From contig JBHIAT010000019.1 of the NCBI GenBank assembly GCA_046758705.1, forward strand, positions 1-33,587: 33,587 bases of DNA. Reading direction: 5' to 3'. Shown piece by piece: positions 1-8,400 of this stretch (positions are counted from its first letter, which is position 1; every line of letters begins with the position of its first letter). The DNA is from Candidatus Bipolaricaulia bacterium. Its GTDB lineage: Bacteria; Bipolaricaulota; Bipolaricaulia; JBHIAT01. The notes beneath the pieces are model-generated. The model ran no database searches. It was not told where the DNA came from and worked only from the letters and a program-made list of their open reading frames with translations. The translations under genes and the position numbers were made by a program.

Positions 1-3000
1 GTCTATAACTTATCCTTTGCCGCGCGCCTCAACGCTCCCCTCGACGTCGCCGCACTTGAGCAAAGCCTCAACGAAATCGTCAACCGCCACGAAGTCCTTC
101 GCACCACCTTCGCCACCGTGGACGGACAACCCGTTCAGGTTATTGCTCTAGACCTGATCCTGTCCCTGCCGGTGGTGGACCTGCGTGAGTTGCCCGAGAC
201 GGAGCAGGAGACCGAGCTCCGCCAGCTGGCCATCGAGGAAGCCCAGCGCCCTTTCGACCTCGCCCGAGGTCCGCTGTTACGGCTCATCCTGCTGCAGCTG
301 GGTGAGGAGGAGTACGTGGTGCTCTTCACCATGCACCACATCGTCTCCGACGCTTGGTCGATGGGGATATTCATCCGCGAGATCGCCGTACTCTACCAGG
401 CCTTCTCCACCGGACGTCCCTCGCCACTGCCTGAGCTACCCATTCAGTATGCCGACTTTGCCGTCTGGCAGCGCGAGCGGTTCCAGGACGAGATGCTTGA
501 GACCCAGCTGGCCTACTGGAAGCAGCAGTTGGGCGACCGTCTTCCTGTGCTGGAACTGCCCATCGATCGTCCCCGGCCCGCGATCCAAAGCCATCGAGGT
601 GCACACCACCCCCTGGCACTGCCTAAGTCTCTGACCGATTCACTCAACGCCCTGAGCCGTCAGGAGGAGGTCACCGTGTTCATGACCCTGCTCGCCGCGT
701 TCAAGGCGTTGCTCCATCGCTATACCGGCCAAGATGACATTGTTGTGGGCTCCCCGATCGCCGGTCACAATCGGGCCGAGATCGAGGAACTGATCGGATT
801 CTTCATCAATACGCTGGTGCTGCGCACCGACCTATCAGGGGATCCCACGTTCCGGGAACTATTGGGCCGGGTGCGCGAGGTGGCCTTGGGTGCCTATACC
901 CATCAGGATCTGCCGTTCGAGAGGCTGGTCGATGAACTGCAACCGGAACGGGATCTGAGCCTTAACCCCCTGTTTCAGGTGATGTTCCAGCTCCTCAATG
1001 CCCCGATGTCGACTCTGGAGCTTCCAGATCTGTCTCTGAACCCGCTAGAGATCGACAACGAAATAGCGAGGTTTGACCTGGCACTATTCATGATAGACGC
1101 GAACGGACTAAAGGGATGGATGGAGTACAACACCGATCTGTTCGATGCAGATACTATCGCTCAGATGGCCAGACACTTCCAGACGCTGCTGGAAGGCATC
1201 GTCGCCGATCCCGACCAGCGCCTGTCGGAGTTGCCGCTGTTGAGCGCAGCCGAATGCCATCAGTTGCTGGTGGAATGGAATGATACCCAAGCCGACTATC
1301 CCAAAGATGTGTGTATCCATCAACTGTTTGAAGCTCAGGTTGAGAGAACACCGGACGCTGTCGCCGTGGTGTATGAAGACCAACAACTGACCTACCGCGA
1401 GCTGAATCGGCGAGCGAACCAACTGGCGCACCACGTGAGGACACTGGGCGTGAGACCGGAAGTCAGCGTGGGCATGTTTATGGAACGTTCGCTGGAGCTG
1501 GTGGTGGGACTGCTGGGCATCCTCAAAGCCGGCGGAGTGTATGTGCCATTCGACCCCACCTATCCGAAGGCGCGGCTGACGCTTATGCTCGAGGACACCC
1601 AAGCATCAGTGCTGCTGACACAAGAGCGGCTCGTAAAACGCCTCCCTGAATGCAGTGCCAAGATTGTGTGCCTCGACACCGACTGGGGAGTCATCGCCCA
1701 GGAGAGTGTGGAAAACCCCATCAACGAGGTGACGACCGACCACCTCGCCTACGTGATCTACACCTCCGGATCGACGGGGACCCCTAAGGGTGTCATGGTG
1801 GAACACCGGGGGCTGCGTAACCTGGCTGAGGTCCAGGCACAGACCCTCGACGTGGCAGAGGGCAGCCGCGTCCTCCAGTTGGTCACCTTCAGTTTCGATG
1901 CCTCGCTGTGGGACGTTTTCATGGCGTTGTTGACGGGAGGAACGCTCTACGTGGCAACACCGGAGTCTCGGTTGCCGGGGCCGGCTTTGATCCAGCTGTT
2001 GCGCGATCAGGCCATCACGACCGTGACGCTTCCCCCATCGGTGCTGGCAGCCCTGCCCGCTGAGGAGCTTCCTGCGTTACGGACGATCACCGTCACAGGA
2101 GAGGCCTGCCCTGCTGACATCGTGGCGCGCTGGGCTCCGGGGCGTCGGTTCTTCAACGGCTATGGACCGACGGAAGCGACCATCGGTGCCACCATCGGTG
2201 CGTGCACCGCCGACGGTCGGAAGCCGACCATCGGCCGCCCGTTTGCCAACGTAAACATCTATCTTCTAGACGCTCACCTGCAACCGGTGCCCATCGGCGT
2301 GCCGGGCGAACTGTACATCGCTGGTGTAAGTCTAGCCCGGGGCTACCTCAACGACCCGGGGCTGACCGCCGAGAAGTTCATTCCGAACCCATTCAGCGAC
2401 GAGCCGGGCACACGGCTGTACAAGACCGGCGATCTGGCTCGTTACCGGCCGGACGGCCAGATCGAGTTTCTCGGTCGTACCGACCACCAGGTGAAGATTC
2501 GCGGGTTTCGCATCGAGCTGGAGGAGATCGAGGCGGTGCTGGATCAGCACCCGGCCGTGCGAGAAGCCGTTGTCCTCACCCGAGAGGATGCGCCCGGTGG
2601 CAAACGCCTGGTCGCCTATGTCGTTTCGAACCAAGAGCAGGCACCCATGCCCGGTGAACTACGCAGCTTCCTGAAAGAGAAGCTGCCCGATTATATGGTG
2701 CCGTCCGCGTTCGTGATGCTGGACGCCCTGCCACTGACGCCCAACGGCAAGGTCGATCGCCGGGCGCTTCCGAAGCCGGTTCGGATCAGTCCTGAGGTGG
2801 AGAAATCTTTCGTGGCTCCCCGCACACCTACAGAAGAGAAGCTGGCTGAGATCTGGGCTCAGGTCCTTGGCGTCGAGCAGGTGAGCATCCATGACAACTT
2901 CTTTGAACTCGGGGGGCATTCCTTGCTGATCCCACAGCTTATTCTTCGGGTGCGAGAAGCGTTTCAAATGGAGCTGCCGTTGCGCTATCTATTTGAGGCG

Positions 3001-4323
3001 CCCACCGTGGCCGAACTCGCCCAAGCCCTCGACGTTATCCAGCAGGAGGGTCCCCCCACAACCATTGACGCGATGACGACCACCGAACTGAGCGCTGAGG
3101 TCGCCCTCGATCCTATCATCCATCCTGAGGTGGTGCCTGATGAGGTTGAGCATGTCACCGAACCGGCTCATATCTTTTTGACCGGAGCCACAGGCTTTCT
3201 CGGAGCCTTTCTACTCCATGAACTCCTTCAGCAGACTCAAGCGGACATCTATTGCCTGATACGTTCCGCTAATGAGGAGCAAGGTAAGAAGAGACTCCAA
3301 GCAAACCTTGAATCCTACTCACTCTGGGATGAAAATCTAAGCTCCAGAATTATCCCGGTCGTAGGAGATCTGTCTCAGCCACTTCTAGGTCTTTCAGCTC
3401 ACCAGTTTCAAACGCTGGCCCGTAAGATCGATGTTATTTACCACAACGGTGCGTGGGTTAATTTGATCTATTCATACGATGTACTTAAGGCACCCAATGT
3501 TCTTGGAACCCAAGAAGTCCTTAGATTGGCAAGCCAAACCAAGGTGAAACCTGTACACTACGTCTCTACTATCGGCGTTTTCCCCTTAGGTCACTACCCC
3601 GATGACAAGGTCGTCCGAGAGCAAGACGACCTCGACCATGGCGGAGTTCTCTATGATGGCTACTCCCAGAGCAAATGGGTGGCTGAAAAGTTAGTCAGGC
3701 TTGCACGTTCGAGAGGGCTTCCTGTCTGTATCTATAGGCCAGGGCGGATAACCGGGCACAGCCAAACAGGTGCCTGGAATACCAATGACTTTCCCTGCAG
3801 AATGGTCAAAGGTTGTATCCAACTCGGCAGTATACCAGACCTCGACATAGGGGAAGCAGAGGTGGACTTGACTCCTGTGAACTACGTGAGCAGAGCCATC
3901 GTCCATCTATCGAAGCAAACAGAGTTGATAGGAAAGACCTTTCACTTGGTTAACCCTCATCCGCTTCACCCGGACAAGGTTGTTGCCTGGATCCGCTCTT
4001 TGGGTCTCCCGATTCGCCAAATTTCGTACGATGATTGGAGAGAGGAGCTGATCAATCTCCCTGAGAGTTCCATGGAAAATGCTTTGCTTCCCCTTTTGCC
4101 TCTTTTGATTGAACAGATATCCGAAGAACGGATCAAGAGACCGCAGTTCGACTGCCAAAACACGTTCGATGAGCTTGAAGGCACTTCCATCACCTGTCCA
4201 CCCGTAGATGCTGAATTGCTCAACACCTATTTTTCCTACTTCATTCGGAGCGGGTTCCTAGAGGTGCCGCAGCCGGACGGTGAGCTTCGACACTCCTCGA
4301 AAGAGACACCGGAAGCAAAATGA
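1..4323 (+). CDS. NRPS terminal module, C-A-T-R (thioester reductase); 5' end lies outside the window
   Basis: Frame is open from base 1 (VYNLSFAARLNAPLDVAALEQSLNEIVNRHEVLRTTF, typical C-domain start), so the start at 118 is an artefact. C motif HHIVSDAWS; A motifs YTSGSTGTPKG, NGYGPTE, YKTGDL, PNGKVDR; T motif LGGHSLL; R motifs TGATGFLG and YSQSKW. Confidence 0.97.
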   Translation, partial: VYNLSFAARLNAPLDVAALEQSLNEIVNRHEVLRTTFATVDGQPVQVIALDLILSLPVVDLRELPETEQETELRQLAIEEAQRPFDLARGPLLRLILLQLGEEEYVVLFTMHHIVSDAWSMGIFIREIAVLYQAFSTGRPSPLPELPIQYADFAVWQRERFQDEMLETQLAYWKQQLGDRLPVLELPIDRPRPAIQSHRGAHHPLALPKSLTDSLNALSRQEEVTVFMTLLAAFKALLHRYTGQDDIVVGSPIAGHNRAEIEELIGFFINTLVLRTDLSGDPTFRELLGRVREVALGAYTHQDLPFERLVDELQPERDLSLNPLFQVMFQLLNAPMSTLELPDLSLNPLEIDNEIARFDLALFMIDANGLKGWMEYNTDLFDADTIAQMARHFQTLLEGIVADPDQRLSELPLLSAAECHQLLVEWNDTQADYPKDVCIHQLFEAQVERTPDAVAVVYEDQQLTYRELNRRANQLAHHVRTLGVRPEVSVGMFMERSLELVVGLLGILKAGGVYVPFDPTYPKARLTLMLEDTQASVLLTQERLVKRLPECSAKIVCLDTDWGVIAQESVENPINEVTTDHLAYVIYTSGSTGTPKGVMVEHRGLRNLAEVQAQTLDVAEGSRVLQLVTFSFDASLWDVFMALLTGGTLYVATPESRLPGPALIQLLRDQAITTVTLPPSVLAALPAEELPALRTITVTGEACPADIVARWAPGRRFFNGYGPTEATIGATIGACTADGRKPTIGRPFANVNIYLLDAHLQPVPIGVPGELYIAGVSLARGYLNDPGLTAEKFIPNPFSDEPGTRLYKTGDLARYRPDGQIEFLGRTDHQVKIRGFRIELEEIEAVLDQHPAVREAVVLTREDAPGGKRLVAYVVSNQEQAPMPGELRSFLKEKLPDYMVPSAFVMLDALPLTPNGKVDRRALPKPVRISPEVEKSFVAPRTPTEEKLAEIWAQVLGVEQVSIHDNFFELGGHSLLIPQLILRVREAFQMELPLRYLFEAPTVAELAQALDVIQQEGPPTTIDAMTTTELSAEVALDPIIHPEVVPDEVEHVTEPAHIFLTGATGFLGAFLLHELLQQTQADIYCLIRSANEEQGKKRLQANLESYSLWDENLSSRIIPVVGDLSQPLLGLSAHQFQTLARKIDVIYHNGAWVNLIYSYDVLKAPNVLGTQEVLRLASQTKVKPVHYVSTIGVFPLGHYPDDKVVREQDDLDHGGVLYDGYSQSKWVAEKLVRLARSRGLPVCIYRPGRITGHSQTGAWNTNDFPCRMVKGCIQLGSIPDLDIGEAEVDLTPVNYVSRAIVHLSKQTELIGKTFHLVNPHPLHPDKVVAWIRSLGLPIRQISYDDWREELINLPESSMENALLPLLPLLIEQISEERIKRPQFDCQNTFDELEGTSITCPPVDAELLNTYFSYFIRSGFLEVPQPDGELRHSSKETPEAK

Positions 4324-4410
4324 ATAGGGACAGCAAGGAAGACCATATGATCTATAAGGTCGTCGTCAATCACGAAGAGCAGTACTCGATCTGGTCCGCT
4401 GACCGGGGAG
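4320..4410 (+). pseudogene. mbtH: MbtH-like protein, N-terminal half only
   Basis: MNRDSKEDHMIYKVVVNHEEQYSIWSADR matches the MbtH N-terminal motif (NxEEQYSxW); ATGA overlap with the NRPS stop. The PxGW and WTDMRP motifs are absent from the forward frames that follow. Confidence 0.88.
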
Positions 4411-4575
4411 CGGCAGTCGACCTCAAGTGGCTACTTCACGTCCGTCGCCTTCGACGAGCAGGGACGTCCCACACCAGTCCCGCCGGTCATCCCGGAGACC
4501 GACGACGAGAAACGCCAGTACGAGGAGGCGCGGGCGCGGCGCGAGGAGAAGTTGCGACAGCGGGAGATGCAATAA
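4399..4575 (+). pseudogene. C-terminal fragment of a hotdog-fold acyl-CoA thioesterase (YciA-like)
   Basis: Unlisted frame reads LTGERQSTSSGYFTSVAFDEQGRPTPVPPVIPETDDEKRQYEEARARREEKLRQREMQ*, resembling the family tail (TGE..YxTFVAxDExGRPxxVP.xxPET..E..R). No start codon upstream in this frame. Confidence 0.75.
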
Positions 4576-4596
4576 GATAAGCCTTGCAATGAAATC

Positions 4597-4683
4597 GCCC
4601 TGGGGGTCAGTTCAGGTGGGTTGCTCAGCTTATCTTAATATCTATCCATGAAAACCCCCAGGGCCAACCTGAAGTCCTGAACT
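4597..4683. repeat. Interleaved inverted repeats between convergent genes (possible terminator or structured element)
   Basis: GCCCTGGGGGT (4597-4607) pairs with ACCCCCAGGGC (4654-4664); AGTTCAGG (4609-4616) pairs with CCTGAACT (4676-4683). Confidence 0.45.
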
Positions 4684-4687
4684 TCTC

Positions 4688-5167
4688 CTAAAACAGTGCC
4701 CCTACGGTCCCGACTATGTTGAAGACCCCAAAAGCTCCTATGCCCGCCCTGAGCTCGCCGAACAGGTCGAAGTTTCCTAAGGGGTATCTGGCACCGCCGA
4801 TCCCTTGGAGGATGAACCCCAAACCGCCGAAGCCGGGGCAACAAGGGAACGATAGGAAAGACACTCCGCCCCCACCTCCGACGTAAGGCAGAAGGTTCAC
4901 GGACCCCAGCGAGAAGGGCGAGAGGGGGTATAACACGCCCCCATCGAGTATAAAAAGCGAAAAGCCGGTACCGAATCCTGCACCAAAGGTGGCTCGCAGC
5001 GTCAGGGGTGACCTCAGGGCGAACTCGCCGACTGCGTTGAAAACCGGGAGCGTTCCATACAATGTGACTCCCCCCCCGAACTCCTGCGCTAAGGAATCCA
5101 TCCCAACGCTCATGACCAACCCTACTAGTAAGAACAAACCTACTAATAGCCTGAACCTGGGCTTCAA
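4688..5167 (-). CDS. Small secreted protein, likely outer-membrane beta-barrel
   Basis: Basic plus hydrophobic signal peptide ending SLA|QE, Gly/aromatic alternating strands, PYVGGGGG motif, C-terminal Phe. GGAGG at 5177-5181 favours TTG at 5167 over 5176. Confidence 0.7.
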   Translation of the reverse strand: MKPRFRLLVGLFLLVGLVMSVGMDSLAQEFGGGVTLYGTLPVFNAVGEFALRSPLTLRATFGAGFGTGFSLFILDGGVLYPLSPFSLGSVNLLPYVGGGGGVSFLSFPCCPGFGGLGFILQGIGGARYPLGNFDLFGELRAGIGAFGVFNIVGTVGALF

Positions 5168-5338
5168 TCTGATCAACCTCCTTTGAGGTAATCTGTAAGT
5201 TTCTGGCTATCAGAACTTTATTATATGTTACAAAACATAGTATCTTCAAATCTTGGATGTACAATTGCCATCTCAGCGGAGGCACCTGGTGTCGGAGCGA
5301 ATGTGTTTCCCTAAGGAGATGGAGGGCTTGAGAGTGTT

Positions 5339-5368
5339 TTGACAAATTAAAATTTTTTATGTTATGTT
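5339..5368 (+). promoter_or_regulatory. Sigma70-type promoter of the FAAL-PKS-NRPS operon
   Basis: TTGACA (5339-5344), 18-bp spacer, TATGTT (5363-5368) with extended TG, in AT-rich intergenic DNA; AAGGGG RBS before ATG 5434. Confidence 0.6.
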
Positions 5369-5433
5369 CATGCTAATGTATTAACCAAACTGAAATCCCG
5401 AACCCTTCCGAACGGCTTAAGAAATAAGGGGAT

Positions 5434-8400
5434 ATGATGACCATCTTTTCTAATCGTTCTGAATCTACCTTCGAGCTTTCCACATTGGTCGATCTCCTCC
5501 GCTGGAGAGCACTCCACCAGCCTGACCAACAGGCCTATACCTTCTTGGTGGATGGAGAAACAGAAGAGGTTAGTTTGACCTATGGAGAGTTAGACCGCCA
5601 GGCCCGGGCCATCGGCGCTTGGCTTCAGAGCTTGGAGATAACCGGGGAGCGTGTACTGCTGCTCTGTCCTCCAGGTCTTGAATACATCGCCGCGTTTTTC
5701 GGTTGCCTGTACGCCGGGGTTGTTGCCGTCCCGACTTACCCGTCCGGGCTCAACCGGCTCATGCCTCGCCTCCAGGCGATTGTGGCAGATGCGCAGGCGA
5801 GGGTGGTACTCACCACCACAGCCATCCTGTCCAGCGTGAAGCGTCGGTTCGCTCATGCTCCAGATCTGGAGACCCTACGATGGCTCGCCATCGACAATGT
5901 CCCCGCCGGTGTGGAGGCGGATTGGCAAGAACCTGCGGTAACCCGCGATACTCTGGTCTTCCTCCAGTACACCTCTGGTTCTACGAGCATGCCCAAGGGG
6001 GGCATGGTAAGCTATGGCAACATGATGCACAACCTGGCTCTCATTCGCCATGGGTTTAAGATTAACCCCGATAATCCTGAAGACGTAGGGGTTTTTTGGC
6101 TGCCCATCTACCATGACATGGGGCTCATCGGAGGTATACTGGAGCCCATGTATATCGGAAGGCCGGCCATCTTGATGTCACCGCTCTCCTTTGTGCAGCG
6201 CCCCGTGCGCTGGCTACAGGCGATTGCCCGTTACAAAGGCACCATTAGCGGTGCACCTAACTTCGCATACGAACTGTGCGTTGACAATATCACGCCTGAA
6301 CAGCGAGCGACCCTCGACCTGAGCAGTTGGGACGTGGCCTTCTGCGGTGCTGAGCCCATTCGCTTGGAAACCTTGGACCGGTTCGCGGCGACTTTCGAGC
6401 CCTGTGGTTTCCGCCGGGAGGCCTTCTACCCTTGCTACGGACTCGCTGAGGCAACCGTGATGGCTTCCGGTGGCCTGGGGCCCGCCCTGCCGGTCGTCCG
6501 CACTGTCCAGAGAGCAGCGCTTGAAATCAACCGGGTGGTCGAAGCTTCTGAGAGGGATGAGGGTACCCAGACGCTTGTGGGCTGCGGTCAGGCCCTGCTG
6601 GACCAAAAGATCCTCATCGTTCACCCCGAAAAGTTGACCCCGTGCTTGCCCGATCAAGTGGGCGAGATCTGGGTATCGAGCCCCAGCGTTGCCCAGGGTT
6701 ACTGGAACCGCCCTGAGGAGATGGAACGGACTTTCAACGCGTACCTATCCGATACGGGTGAGGGCCCGTTTCTACGCACCGGAGATCTGGGGTTTGTTTA
6801 CGATGGGGAGCTATTCGTTACCGGTCGACTCAAGGACTTGATCATCATCCGGGGCCACAACCATTACCCTCAGGACATCGAACTGACGGTGGAACGGAGT
6901 CATCCAGCACTGCGGCCAGGCTGCGGTGCAGCGTTTTCAGTGGGTGCAGCCGGTGAAGAGCGGCTGGTGATCGTTCAGGAGGTCGAGCGTCATGACCGGA
7001 ATCCAGACATAGATAAGGTGGTTGGGGTCATCCGTCAGGCGGTGGCGGAAGATCACGAACTGCAAGTTTACGCCGTGGTCCTGATCAAGTACGGGAGCAT
7101 CCCTAAGACCTCCAGCGGCAAGATCCAGCGGCACGCCTGTCGGGCCGGGTTCCTGGAGGGGAGCCTGAATGTGGTGGGAGCGTGGCGGGCAGCCGTAGCC
7201 CCACGCTCGGTGAGTGATGCACAGGACGCCACTGTAGCTGAGGCAAGTTCCAGAGAGCCGGCGGACGTGCCGAGAAGGAGCGCGGCGGACATCGAAGCCT
7301 GGTTGGTGTCACAGATCTCGGGGCGGTTGGGCATGGATCCTGACGATATAGACATCCACCAGCCCTTCACTCACTACGGCCTGGACTCAAAGCACGCGGT
7401 GCGCTTGGCTGGAGAGCTGGGAGCCTGGCTTGGACGTCAGCTTTCTCCCACTCTGGCGTACGAGTACCCCACTATCGAGGCACTCGCCCAGTATCTGGCT
7501 GAGGACCCCGACCCCACCGTCTCAGCGTCAACCCCTGAGGACCGCGTAGACGGGGGAACGGAAAAAGAGCCGATCGCCATCATCGGGATTGGCTGTCGTT
7601 TCCCCGGCGCCAACGGTCCGGATGCTTTCTGGCAGCTTCTACAAGATGGGATGGATGCCATCACCGAGGTTCCGGCGGATCGGTGGGATATCGATGCCTT
7701 CTATGATCCCACTCCGGATGCACTTGGCAAAATGAATACCCGCTGGGGCAGCTTTTTGGAGCAGGTGGATCAGTTCGACCCCCACTTCTTCGGGATCTCT
7801 CCTCGGGAAGCCGCTCGCATCGATCCTCAGCAACGGATCTTGCTGGAGGTGGCTTGGGAGGCGTTAGAGGATGGTGGGCAGGTGCCGGATCGCCTGGCCG
7901 GCACACGGACTGGTGTGTTCATCGGCATCTCGACAAACGATTATGGCCGGATTCAGTTGAGCGACCCCGACCTCATCGACGCTTATGCAGGCACGGGCAA
8001 TGCTTTGAGCATTGCGGCCAATCGCCTCTCCTACCTGTTTGATCTCCAGGGGCCGAGTGCGGCGGTGGACACGGCCTGCTCCTCATCGCTCGTCGCGGTC
8101 CACCTGGCCTGCTGTAGCCTATGGAACGGGGAATCCACCCTGGCTCTGGCTGGGGGCGTAAACTTGATCCTATCGCCAGCCATTACCATTAATTTCACGA
8201 AAGCCGGGGTCATGGCTCCGGATGGTCGCTGTAAAGCCTTCGATGCTCGAGCCAACGGCTACGTTCGGGGTGAGGGGGCCGGTCTCATCGTCCTCAAACC
8301 CCTATCGAGGGCTCTGGCCGACGACGATCCGATTTATGCGGTGATCCGAGGCAGCGCGGTCAACCAGGACGGGCGCACCAATGGGCTCATGGCTCCCAGC

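Noticed and set aside
1-4323. A-T-R as a fungal Lys2-type aminoadipate reductase linked to lysW/lysX
   Set aside because: It has an intact C domain, an adjacent mbtH and an aromatic-type code; the LysW route does not use Lys2.
4320-4580. 86-aa ORF as a functional MbtH protein
   Set aside because: Only the first 29 residues are MbtH-like; the rest is an out-of-frame reading of a thioesterase remnant.
4635-5345. 236-aa minus-strand ORF
   Set aside because: Alternative frame over the beta-barrel gene and promoter DNA; no motifs, and it starts within the -35 region.
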